NCBI GenBank assembly: GCA_002269645.1
Contig: NIVC01001503.1
Coordinates: 62,001-126,000 of the forward strand
Source: Macrostomum lignano
Lineage: Eukaryota
DNA: 64,000 nucleotides
Direction: 5' to 3'
Below, piece after piece: positions 25,494-37,290 of this stretch. The notes below the pieces were generated by a model. The model saw only the letters and a list, made by a program, of their open reading frames with translations. It was not told where the DNA came from and ran no database searches. Every line of letters begins with the position of its first letter. The first letter of the stretch is position 1. Position numbers and translations under genes: made by a program.

Positions 25494-28400
25494 ATGGGCA
25501 ACTCGATTGGACCCCGGAAGAAGTTGCCGAAGGAGGATATGCAGTTTCTGATGTCAAACACCAACTTTACTAAGAAGCAGATTAAGCAGTGGTATCGTGG
25601 TTTTATTGTGAGTGGAATTTTTCTGCCTTTTTTCCGTAATTGTCAGCTGCATGATCGTTGTAGCATAAATCCATTGAGGGGTACCTTGCACAAGTTATGC
25701 AGCACTCATTATCGAATACATGCTCTGACTTACAGAGGCCAGCTCCCTCAGAGTGAGCTCTGATGCACCCAAATTCTGCAGCTGGCACCCCACCGTACTC
25801 TCAGAATCCTTCAGCTGGCGCCCCATCCCACCGCAGATCCCAGATCCCTTCAGCTGGTGTCTCGCGCCCCACAACACTCCCAGATCCCTTCACCCCATCA
25901 CACTCCAATATCCCTTCAGCTGGCCTCCCTCCACCACACTCCCAGATCCCTTCACCCCATCACACTCCCAGATCCCTTCAGCTGGTGCCCCACCACACTC
26001 CCAGATTCCTTCAGCTGGCGCTCCGCGCCCCAAAACACTCCCAGATTCCTTCAGCTGGCGCTCCGCGCTCCACCACACTCCCAGATCCCTTCAGCTGGCG
26101 TTCCGCGCCCCACCACACTCCCAGATCCCTTCAGCTGGCGCTCCGCGCCCCACCACACTCCCAGATCCCTTCAGCTGGCGCTCCGCGCCCCACCACACTC
26201 CCAGATCCCTTCAGCTGGCGCTCCGCGCCCCACCACACTCCCAGATTCCTTCAGCTGGCGCTCCGCGCCCCACCACACTCCCAGATCCCTTCAGCTGGCG
26301 CTCCGCGCCCCACCACACTCCCAGATCCCTTCAGCTGGCGCTCCGCGCCCCACCACACTCCCAGATCCCTTCAGCTGGCGCTCCGCGCCCCACCACACTC
26401 CCAGATCCCTTCAGCTGGCGCTCCACGCCCACCACACTCCCAGATCCCTTCAGCTGGCGCTCCACGCCCACCACACTCCCAGATCCCTTCAGCTGGCGCT
26501 CCACGCCCACCACACTCCCAGATCCCTTCAGCTGGCGCTCCACGCCCACCACACTCCCAGATCCCTTCAGCTGGCGCCCTAACACACTCCCAGATACTTT
26601 CAGCTGGCGCCCCGCGCCCCACATTCCTTGATCCTTCAGCGCGCGCCCCGCGCCCCACCAAATTCCCAGATTCTTCATCAGGCGCCCCACCACACTCCCA
26701 GATCCCTTCAGCTGGCGCCCGCTACGCCTCTCGGATCTCTCGCAAAGCTTAAGTCGGTAAAAACAAACTGACGGCATCAGCATCCGAACCAGCATTTGGC
26801 TGCAATGCCTTCCCGTCCCAGAGAAACCATCCCGTCCTGACAACCCAGTCAATCTCTTCCGCAGAAACCTTTCTCCTTTTCCCTCCCTCACTCGCTTCCA
26901 ATTTTGCTTTTTTCAGTCGGCACTCGCTTCGCTGGCACTGAGCCCCTCCCCCCATCTCCATGCCGCCTTGCGTGCCCCATTAATTAAGGGTTCGAGTCCT
27001 GAGGTCTGGAGCGAGTGAAAGAGAGAAAAGGCAGGCAGTTGGGCAGGCAAGGGAGGCGATGGATCTGGTAGAGGAGCGCATAGTAGGCAGGAGAGCTCGG
27101 ACTGCTGCGGCTGTGCAGGAGGAAGGGGAAGGCAGGAGGTACTTGAGAGCAGAGCTCCGAGGCTCCGAAGGGGCCACTTGCGGGTTCACGCAAGCGAGAG
27201 GCGGAGAGGCGCAGAGGAGTAAAGGGCAGTAAAGTGGAATGGGTTCACAATTTAGACCAAAAGCTGAAGCTGGGAAGTGATTGACAGAGCAAGTGTAAGT
27301 GAGTGTATTATAGATGCGGCCGGTTGGAGACTGGCTCAGCTGAAGAATACTGCCCGGTGAAGATGGCCCTGTGTTTTGACAGGGCCGGGGCAGTATGGCT
27401 ACCAGGGTGCACTTTTTGGGTGTTTAGTCAGACCAGCTGGATTGACAAACACGGCTGCTCTTTAAGGTACTTCGTTCTCGTGATGGAAAAACTGTCCTCT
27501 TGCCTGGAAGTCTTGATCCCAAACTTCCTCGGTCAATTCTCCCCCTTCTACCTGGTTGATTCTCCCCTCATTCCCGGTTGATTCTCCCCTCATTCCCGGT
27601 GGATTCTCCCCTCTTTCCCGGTTGATTCTCCCCTCATTCCCGGTTGATTCTCCTCTCATTCCCGGTGGATTCTCCCCTCTTTCCCGGTTGATTCTCCCCT
27701 CATTCCCGGTTGATTCTCCTCTCATTCCCGGTGGATTCTCCCCTCATTCCCGGTTGATTCTCCCCTCATTCCCGGTTGATTCTCCCCTCATTCCCGGTTG
27801 ATTCTCCCCTCATTCCCGGTTGATTCTCCCCTCATTCCCGGTTGATTCTCCCCTCATTCCCGGTTGATTCTCCCCTCATTCCCGGTGGATTCTCCCCTCT
27901 TTCCCGGTTGATTCTCCCCTCTTTCCCGGTTGATTCTCCCCTCATTCCCGGTTGATTCTCCCCTCATTCCCGGTTGATTCTCCCCTCATTCCCGGTTGAT
28001 TCTCCCCTCATTCCCGGTTGATTCTCCCCTCTTTCCCGGTGGATTCTCCCATCTTTCCCGGTTGATTCTCCCCTCATTCCCGGTTGATTCTCCCCTCATT
28101 CCCGGTTGATTCTCCCCTCTTTCCCGGTTGATTCTCCCCTCTTTCCCGGTTGATTCTCCTCTCATTCCCGGTTGATTCTCCCCTCTTTCCCGGTTGATTC
28201 TCCCCTCATTCCCGGTTGACTTTCCCCCTTTCCGGTAGATTCTCCCCTCTTTCCCGGTTGATTCTCCCCTCATTCCCGGTTGACTTTCCCTTTATCACGG
28301 TTGAATCTACCCGTTCTCCTTTCTTCTCTGGCAGGCAAACAGGAAACAAAGACATTCTCAACCCCATTTACCCTCAGCGTGACTGTCCATCAGGCCAGCT

Positions 28401-30662
28401 CAGCAAGAAGAAGTTCATCGAGGTGTACTCCGGCTTCTTCCCAGACGGCAATGCCGAGGAGTTCTGCACCCACGTGTTCCGCACATTCGACAAAGACAAC
28501 TCTGGCAAGATTGACTTTAAAGAATTCCTGTTGGCCATCAACATCACTTCTGGCGGCAAGCCCCAGGAGAAGCTGGAGTGGGCCTTCCAGATGTACGACA
28601 TTGACGGCAACGGCAGCATTGAGCGGTCTGAGATGGTCGAGATCATCAAGGTGAGGCTTTTTTAGCACACAGCGCCACAAGGAGAATAGCATGGCGCCAC
28701 AAGAAAAATAGCATGGCGCCACAAGGAGAATAACATGGCGCCACAAAGAAGAATAGCATGGCGCCACAAAGAGAATAGCATGGCGCCACAAGGAGAATAG
28801 CATGAAACCACAAAAAGAATAGCATAGCGCCATAAGAAGAATAGCATGGCGCCACAAGGAGAATAGCATGGCGCCACAAGGAGAATAGCATGGCGCCACA
28901 AAGAAGAATAGCATGGCGCCACAAGGAGTGTAGCACATGGCGCTGAAAAGACCCTACCACAAGCGCCTATCAAGACTCCCGCAAGACAAAATAAGCAATG
29001 AAGCTGTCACTCGGATGCAGGCCAGGCCGCTCACTGCCGCACAGTTTGTACAGATTCCATAGAAACGCTCACCAACAGACCACAAAGCAGTCGGCGCGTG
29101 TTTCTGCATCGCGGGCCAACACAAGCCATAAAAGACTCAGAGAAACAGACTGCTGGGATAATTCGGGAGCTAACGGGGCGCAATCAGTGAGGCATGCCAG
29201 CTGCCTGGCAGGCGGGCTTGAGCAGGTGTTGGGAGTTTAATCCCCGAAAATAATCCGGCCTCTTAGGTACGCGCCGGCTGTCAGAGCTTATGCGGGACTG
29301 GCTGACAGGCTGACTGCAGGCGGGCATCTTTCGAAGCCCAGAGCCAGAAGGTACAAGCGGGGATGAGCAAGGAATGCATGCAAGCAGAATCGATTCGTCA
29401 GACAGCCCCAGAATCCTTCAGTTTCAATCAGCTTCATCGGCTTCCTTTTCTTTCCAATCCAAAATTCGTACCGAGCTCAAGCGGTCCTGGCAACGGGTCT
29501 GAGTACTCGCAGCGTGGGGGATTAGCCGCCTCTTCGCCTTCTCTTTCTCTCTCTCTCTCTCTCTCTCGACGGTGCAGCGAAATCGGCTCAGCTCTGCACA
29601 AGTTGGGATGCAATTAAATTTGAGCACGCCAGAGTCTTTGAGCACGCTAGCTAGTAGAGGCATGCAAGAATGAGGGATTGAGAGAGCAAAAGGTGTCGTA
29701 TGTATGAAGCACTGACATACTGAAAAGCTTGAACAGCAACCATGTGCTCCAGCCATCCCATTGCCATCCCATTGCCATCCCATTGCCATCCCATTGCCAT
29801 CTCATCCCAGCGCTCAGTATCCCAACATCCCAGTGTTCAACATCCCAGTGCTCAGCATCCCAGTGCTCAGCATCCCAGTGCTCAGCATCCCAGTGCTCAG
29901 CATCCCAGTGCTCAGCATCCCAGTGCTCAGCATCCTAGTGCTCAGCATCCCAGTGCTCAGCATCCCAGTGCTCAGCATCCCAGTGCTCAGCATCTCAGTG
30001 CTCAGCATCCCAGTGCTCAGCATCCCAGTGCTCAGCATCCCAGTGCTCAGCATCCCAGTGCTCAGCATCCCAGTGCTCAGCATCCCAGTGCTCAGCATCC
30101 CAGTGCTCAGCATCCCAGTGCTCAGCATCCCAGTGCCCAGCATTCTAGCAATCCCAGTGCCCAGCATTGTAGCAATCCCAGTGCCCAGCATTGTAGCAAT
30201 CCCAGTGCCCAGCATTGTAGCAATCCCAGTGCCCAGCATTCTAGCAATCCCAGTGCTCAGCATCCTAGTATCCCAGTGCTCAGCATCCCAGTGCCCAGCA
30301 TTCTAGCAATCCCAGTGCTCAGCATCCCAGTGCTCAGAATCCCAGTGCTCAGAATCCCAGTGCCCAGCATTCTAGCAATCCCAGTGCCCAGCATCTTACT
30401 GTCCCATGCAGTTGAGTACTGGGGGACTCGAATCCTGCCTACAACCCCGAACCCGAACCGGCAATCTCTGCAGGCAATCTACAGCATGCTGGGCGCAGAC
30501 GAGTCCAACGTAGACATGAGCCCGGAGGCTCGTACCGAGGAGATCTTCGACAAGATGGACGACAACGGCGACGGCGTGTTGTGCCGCGAGGAGTTCATGA
30601 AGGGCTGCATGGCGGACAAGCAGCTCTACTCCATGCTGCTGGCGGACGAGCCCGCCGAGTGA
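25494..30662 (+). CDS. ncs-2: Neuronal calcium sensor (recoverin/NCS family), ncs-2-like, 191 aa. Exons: 25494-25607, 28378-28650, 30474-30662.
   Basis: Three phase-0 exons with GT-AG introns. N-terminal MGNSIG (myristoylation-type Gly2), [23 protein letters not shown] (inactive EF1), EF2 [14 protein letters not shown]3 [14 protein letters not shown]4 [12 protein letters not shown]. Closely resembles C. elegans NCS-2 as I recall it. Confidence 0.95.
25790..26720. repeat. 39/40-bp minisatellite CAGCTGGCGCTCCGCGCCCCACCACACTCCCAGATCCCTT in ncs-2 intron 1
   Basis: Direct inspection. Confidence 0.95.
27552..28290. repeat. 22-bp minisatellite GATTCTCCCCTCATTCCCGGTT in ncs-2 intron 1
   Basis: Direct inspection. 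Confidence 0.95.
28670..28925. repeat. About 22-bp minisatellite GAATAGCATGGCGCCACAAGGA starting about 20 bp after the exon 2 donor
   Basis: Direct inspection. Confidence 0.92.
29750..30395. repeat. 11-bp (CATCCCATTGC) then 15-bp (CATCCCAGTGCTCAG) minisatellite in ncs-2 intron 2
   Basis: Direct inspection; accounts for the QHPSA repeats in the 306-aa ORF. Confidence 0.94.
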
Positions 30663-31045
30663 TCAGCCAGCCGCCAGCCCCTTGTCTCCACGAACTTCGA
30701 GCCCCAGCATCCCCAGCTTCAGCCGGGCTCCAGCTCTGATAAGCTGCTTTTCCCTGCGACGTATCCTAACTGAAATATTTATTTTTACTGTTCTGGATAG
30801 CTGACTGGATATCGACTGAAGCCTGTTTGAATTGCAATTGCCGTCTCCACCCAGTCTGTGTACTTTTTGTGTCCTCTTTGTCTCCATTTCTTCCTTTTAT
30901 TTTAAATCTTTCTCTGAAGGTTTTTCAAACTTCTTATCACTCTGGATTAGTAAATTGGATTTGTCTTCGCAGTTATAGCTATATTCGATAGTACGCAAGA
31001 AAGGATGGGAACGGTTGCGGGTCGTCCCTGTATTCCGTTTTGAGG

Positions 31046-31307
31046 GGGGTTGTAGCCCAGTGGTCAGAGCGTCGGACTCACGACTTGAAGGTCATGGGTT
31101 CGATTCCCGAATCCCACTGGAGCAATTTGTGTCCTTGAGCAAGACACTTAACTCTGCATTGCTTCAGTTTACCCAGCTGTAAAATGGGTGCCAGCATTAG
31201 CTGGGGTAATTGAGGGTGTGTGGCGACCCCCCAGTCCTTGGACTGAACAGCCGTACGCAGCCTTCAGATGCGCCGCGCAATGGCTGCGGCTGAGCTGTCG
31301 GTTGCAC
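31046..31307 (+). mobile_element. tRNA-derived CORE-SINE, copy 3 (most complete)
   Basis: A-box TAGCCCAGTGG, T-arm GGGTTCGATTCCC, CORE-like centre, and the same tail as copy 2. Confidence 0.9.
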
Positions 31308-33090
31308 TTATTAATTATATCATTCCGTTTAGAAAATTCCGTGCCCATTACACAATTCTTGAAATATTCCATTCAGAATTAACCGCACCTATTGATAAGA
31401 CACGCGCGGGCTTTTGGACGAAACAGTAGTCACGTGACTGCTCTCAACCAATGGCGACAGGCACGCGTATATTATTGTGAGGACGACTGTGTGGTTTCCA
31501 AGGTCATGTGCGTCGCTATTGAACGAAGCAGTTGTCACGTGACTGGCTCTCAACCAATAGCGACAGACGTGGGATTGGATCTGTTTGTGTTTACTTGTAA
31601 AGGACGACTGAGTGATTTTCAAGATCAATTCTCATGCTCAGGGTAAACGTCCTAGAGAGTTCACCCTCCTCACCTCCCGAGAATTTACATTGCAATCAGG
31701 GTGATTGATTGGAAATGGCTGAAACTTTCTGGAAGGAAATTCCGAATTGACTGAAGACGGCTTTAGTAAACAGTTTCACTAAAAAAAGCGAGCACGAAGT
31801 CAAATCCGTTTGCTTTTCGCTCTATTTGATTTAAAGTGCATGGCCTACCTACAGTAAGCAGTTGCTTTTATTCGACCAGCAGGTTATGCGACTGCTGTTG
31901 TAAATCACAGCGTCCCATCATCCTCCATCTCACTGTTCTTATCGGCTTCTATAATCAATATTTTACTTATATCCAGCTCTTAACTGACAGTCATAGTTCT
32001 CTCAATATTTATACGGTAAGTGCGTATTACTAAAATACTAAAATGTGGCTAGAAATGTAGATAGAAATTATCTTTCTATTGCTTCTGAAGTGGTTCTGCT
32101 TTGCCCCTGCCTGTCGCACACGGTATGTCCTTCAGCGAGCGTCGCTGAAGGCGCTCTGAAGGATTGCTGACAATTTCTAAGAAAAAATCCAGTGTCTCAT
32201 CTGGAAGAAGGAATAGAACGGATTGCTAATCTACACCATATGGACGTTTGAATCCTTTTAAGCTTGAAGAACAGTCAGTGCTTGATAGTCAAGAGGTAAA
32301 TTTTTAAAAAGAAGTAATTTATTATGAAATTATATAGTATCCATTCTATTCATCTTTGTTCATACACTCGTAAACAAAATAACTGTGCAAACTTTCGCGA
32401 GATTCTTGAATCTGAAGTTTCCTCCCATCGTGTTTATTTTCTATCCCCCCATTTCTGTCATCTGTGAGCCACTCGTACTGTATCAAGGAACTGTCATATT
32501 GAACGCGAGGTCCAGTATAATAGAGCAGTATGGTGATCTGGCCCGTTGGCAGTAGCTCTAGCCTACTCTCAGAAAATGAAGCAAAGAATTCAATACATTC
32601 GTAAGCATTGTTCTTTTTCTCTGTATTTTTCCCTTCTACGCAAAATTTATGCTTTGTAATCAATATTGAAAAATAGGGATTAGCTTGGGAATTAGCGGGC
32701 GGTAGCCCTTTCTATAAAGGCATTAACTATGGCCCTCTGTGTTCCACTTTGTGCTTCTTGTCCTGCCGCACACGCTATCTCAATAATATGCGTTCATTTT
32801 CCTAATATTCTTTCTTGTGTGTTCTAACGATAGAAATTCGGGAAGCCCCAAACAGCCGCTGCGAATCGCGCAGGTATTTTTTAAGCTTCGGGTAGCCCAC
32901 TGTTAATATTCACCCACCTAAACAAAGGGATTTAAATAATAATTAATCAACGATATTAAATAAATTGCTTCTGCAATACAGTTCTCTTCTTTGCACTTTT
33001 ATTTTACTTTAAAGTTTCTGCCGTTTTAAAGTTTCTTTTATAATAGCAAAGCAGGTCCGAAAGAATTTAGAAATCCAGGGTTAGGATAAT

Positions 33091-33483
33091 GCCATCTCCA
33101 TGCATGATGGGGACAGGATCAGAAGCCGCGGTGCCATCTCCATGCATGATGGGGACAGGATCAGAAGCCGCGGTGCCATCTCCATGCATGATGGGGACAG
33201 GATCAGAAGCCGCGGTGCCATCTCCATGCATGATGGGGACAGGATCAGAAGCCGCGGTGCCATCTCCATGCATGATGGGGACAGGATCAGAAGCCGCGGT
33301 GCCATCTCCATGCATGATGGGGACAGGATCAGAAGCCGCGGTGCCATCTCCATGCATGATGGGGACAGGATCAGAAGCCGCGGTGCCATCTCCATGCATG
33401 ATGGGGACAGGATCAGAAGCCGCGGTGCCATCTCCATGCATGATGGGGACAGGATCAGAAGCCGCGGTGCCATCTCCATGCAT
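33091..33483. repeat. 42-bp perfect tandem repeat GCCATCTCCATGCATGATGGGGACAGGATCAGAAGCCGCGGT, about 9.4 copies
   Basis: Identical copies, open in four frames, so not treated as coding. Confidence 0.96.
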
Positions 33484-35425
33484 GCCGGGACTGCTGCGGG
33501 GGAGCCGTAGCCGTTAAATTTTTGCCCACAAGAGTCAATCCTTTAAGATTAGTGTGTATGTACATGTACAACCCATAGCGATGAAGAACTTCAGGGCCGA
33601 TGTGCACCCTGCATGAGCGTTTGCCTGCGTACGTATCAAAGTTGCTTACCTCTCCGCTGTCTGCGAAGGGATTGCTTGCAGTTGTTTCGGTGACAAGAAA
33701 AGACCCTTTTAGTGACAGCCGTTGTGTGTGCAGAAAATTATCTTGCCAATCTTAAGTGATGAAAACTAAAATTTCAGAGTCTGCTAAAACGGTAAAGCAT
33801 TGTTTCATTTAATTTTGTTTATGTATACTATTTTAGGGTTGCGATATTTGTATCTGTACGTTTTCTGCAACTCGCGAATATTTCTCCGTCCTTTTCTCGG
33901 TGGGAATTTCATGATGAGTATCATTTATGTTTATGTGTCTGAATATTCTGGGATGAATTAAAATGATCTGTAGAAAAATAAAACAAAATATCAGTTTGAA
34001 TTTGTTGTCCTGTGTTTTGAATTTCCTCTGTCTTGATTTGCCATCTCTCGACTTGGGTTGTTGACATCTTAGAATTGCAACAAAAAACAAAATGTAGTTC
34101 GGCAGGCTTACTTTGTTACTCAGCACACGCTTAAACAAGGTTCGTTTTCCCCTAGAAATTACAGCGTCGATTCGACAAAAATCCCCAAGGGGATCACCTG
34201 CCGGCATTGATGCAGCTACTCGATCTCCGCTTGATTCTCTAAGCGAATAATCGCATGTACCAGCCAGTAGCTACAGACGGGAGCGGCAGCAACGGAGCAG
34301 CAAGAAAACGAGCGGAATTTGATAATCGCAGTCCCCCAGGGACGGCTGGCTTCGCGGCCAGAGAGGCTGTGGTGTGTGAGATACTCCACTACTCCACTAT
34401 GGCGAGTGCCTAATGGGCTCAAAACAGCATGACCAACGCGGCAATGCGTGGCCGTCAGCTCGCTTTTTATTTATTAGTTAGCGGAGTACCGCGAGATCCG
34501 GGACAGGCTGAGAGTCTGGAAGTCGATGGCGTAATAGTACATTTGTCTATTCAATCCCGTTGGTATTACATGTAGCGCATGGAACGGGTGAGTCGCTAGT
34601 TTCGATGCAAAGTAAATAATCGACGAATAGCAGCTGCCTAGGGCTGATTTCCTTGACATTAGATGGTCACAGAAGCTACGAGTAAAGCTAAGGTCACCAC
34701 TCACGCGTAGTCCTAGCCAAAAAATATGTTTGTATTATTCACTGTAAAAATTAAAGCCATCAATTTAGCCAAGGGTCCGCAAACTCCGGCCTGTGGGCCA
34801 CACGCGACCCGCGAAGCCTCTCTATCCGGCCCTCGGGTCCTTTGAAACTTCACAATGGCAATCCGGCCCACTTACGAGTATATCCGCCCATTTACATGTA
34901 CTGCACTATAGCTTTTACTGTCAAAGTGCGACATATCATATGTAAGACGTCTACAAAAAACACACAGCTGTTCATAAATAGCCACTGTCTGACGGGCGCG
35001 GTGCGTACGAATTCATGAACAAAATCATGTGTTGTTGTTGTCCAATTGTTTTGCATGCCCACGTATACAACTAAGCAATTGGGGACATCAGTTCTGTGTG
35101 CTGCTTCTTAAAGTCTTTTGATCTAAAAAAGTACATTTAACTAGTCAGCCTACAGCAAAACCTCTATTAAATTCTGCGCTGAAATGCATTGACAATAAAA
35201 TAAATATCTGTTTAAGAAGACAGTTTCGTTCCCAATGCTGCCATGGACGTATTGCAGCATTAACACCAGGGTTGTTTACACAGACAAAACTGACTGTGCA
35301 GACCGGTTCGATGGGCTGAGTCTCGAGCGCAGCAGTTTAAGTGAGAGCTGCAGCAGCATTTGAGCTAATTTCCGAATCTGATAGATACGAGGGTACCACG
35401 GTATCACTGGCACCACCCGCAAGCA

Positions 35426-35743
35426 ATGGGCTCGTATTTCGCACTTCTGGCAGTCGTCCTGATGAGCGCCGCTGCCCTGCTAACCAAAGCCGACGCCATC
35501 AGTACTGGCAAGATGCTCTTCGACCTAGCCAATAACGGCCAAAGCCAGGACCATCGCCACCACGACGACCATCATCACGACCATGACAGCCATCACCATG
35601 ACGACCATCACCTGCACCACCATGACGGCCATCACCGCCATGACGACCATCATCACCATCATGACGACCATCACCACCATCATGACGACCATCACCACCA
35701 TCATGACGACGATCACCACCATCATGACGACCATCACCACTAA
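35426..35743 (+). CDS. Small secreted His/Asp-rich protein (105 aa; 40 His and 19 Asp in the C-terminal 64 aa)
   Basis: ATG-to-TAA ORF with a hydrophobic signal peptide ending in A-D-A (24 aa). The repeat stays in frame with mixed CAT/CAC codons. AATAAA at 36030. Confidence 0.82.
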   Translation: MGSYFALLAVVLMSAAALLTKADAISTGKMLFDLANNGQSQDHRHHDDHHHDHDSHHHDDHHLHHHDGHHRHDDHHHHHDDHHHHHDDHHHHHDDDHHHHDDHHH

Positions 35744-36199
35744 CATCATGGTTACTGAATTCTGAAAGCCAGAAACTGAAACGTGAAAGACATATGCATG
35801 TTGAAAAGTTATTCCGCTTCCTCAAATCCACTAGTTATTCCTATAATCTCAACACAACAGAAAACTCTATATTGATCGCACCTTCATCTAAGCATCTTCT
35901 CGCCTTTTACTTCAATCCTAGTGTCTGCTGTTGCATGAATACATCTGTTGTAAACTGCTAATCAGTCCTGAATGTAAAAGCTAACCACTTACTTGCTTTG
36001 ATTCTGCTATCGATGCACTTGAACTAAATAATAAATTGAAGTAAATTGAGAAAATTGAACCAGAGATCAGTAACTTAAATCAAAAAAAAATGCTGTGTCA
36101 GTTCTTGTGTTTAAATAATTATTAAATTGCCATAGTCGCGAGGCCCTGAATACTGTTGATGGAGCTGGGGATAGTGGCAAGGATTAGTTAGTTGACAGA

Positions 36200-36845
36200 A
36201 GTAAAGACCATTGACAGAAGCCTAAAACCAGTTGGAGTCGCCGATGGCACAACAGGTCACTTGGACGCTGATACAGTGCCATGTTGGAATTCGTTTGTCG
36301 CCGATCTTGAAGTCGACGAGTTGTAGACCAGCTTGATTTGGCTATTCGAGCGAGTTTACTGTCAAGCAGAACGGTCTCGATGGGCCGTCCGGTGTTGACA
36401 CGCAGTTTCATGTCACAGTACATCGCCATGATGGCGGAAACCAGCTGATTTGGTACCACCATTGGGAGCGTGAGCCTACATTTTTATCCACCGACGAATA
36501 CATAATCTACGAATCTGTAAATCTGTATGCCTGCGAATTCCCAAGATAACAATCAGGAGCTGCTAGAGCATCCGCGCCTCTTCAATGCCTCAGCGAAAAG
36601 CCAGAATTTGCGCCACTACTCCACGACCGAAGACAGATGCCCTGATACTCCTCAAGGTTATGGTGCGCGGCTTCTGAGGAATTAGCTGCGATGTATTCCG
36701 TGGTGCATTCGTTGGGCGCCTCCTCGCCGATGAGCACGCAGCCGGTTCACTACTCTCTGGCGACCTCACTGGCCACACAGCGGATGCGCAATACCTCGAT
36801 GGGCACCTCGTCCGGACCCAGCGCTTTCCCGCCCGGCGACAATTG
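36200..36845 (-). pseudogene. Degenerate non-LTR retrotransposon reverse-transcriptase fragment (RTE-like)
   Basis: Minus-strand translation across frameshifts and stops gives SPGGKALGPDEVPIEVLRI...IPQKP...EYQGICL...VAQILAFR.GIEEAR and VPNQLVSAIMAMY. These match the motif order at the N-terminus of LINE RT. Confidence 0.72.
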
Positions 36846-36899
36846 TAATTAAGGTTTGTCTCTTCTCATCTCTCTTTCTTTCAGCTCTCTCTTATCACC

Positions 36900-37290
36900 T
36901 CCTCTCCACTCCTCTCCTCTCCTCTCCTCTCCTCTCCTCTCCTCTCCTCTCCTCTCCTCTCCTCTCCTCTCCTCTCCTCTCTCATCTCCTCTCCTCTCCA
37001 CTCCTCTCCTCTCCTCTCCTCTTCCTCTCCTCTCCTCTCCTCTCCTCTACTCGCCTCTCATCTTCTTTCCTCTCCTCTCCTCTCCTCTCCTCTCCTCTCC
37101 TCTCCTCTCCTCTCCTCTCCTCTATTCTCCTCTCCTCTCCTCTCCTCTCCTCTCCTCTATTCTCCTCTCCTCTCCTCTCCTCTATTCTCCTCTCCTCTCC
37201 TCTCCTCTCCTCTCCTCTCCTCTCCTCTCTTCTCTTCTCCTCTCCTCTCCTCTCTTCTCCTCTCCTCTCCTCTCCTCTCTTCTCCTCTCC
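36900..37290. repeat. (CTCCT)n pentanucleotide array
   Basis: Direct inspection. Confidence 0.96.

Noticed and set aside
25753-26752. Pro/His/Ser-rich ORFs of 241-329 aa
   Set aside because: They come from the 40-bp intronic array in ncs-2 intron 1.
29742-30473. QHPSA-repeat N-terminal part of the 306-aa ORF
   Set aside because: It is an intronic 15-bp minisatellite read into ncs-2 exon 3. The true acceptor is at 30473.
31046-31120. Possible tRNA gene (loop CTCACGA)
   Set aside because: The cloverleaf is imperfect and continues into the CORE domain and tail shared with two other copies. It is a SINE head.
32129-32151. Perfect 10-bp hairpin CCTTCAGCGA-GCG-TCGCTGAAGG
   Set aside because: It is isolated with no associated feature, and bacterial-style terminators are not relevant here.
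33067-33517. 14-aa repeat ORFs in four frames
   Set aside because: The DNA repeat is perfect with no synonymous variation, unlike the His-rich ORF, and there is no signal peptide or other support.
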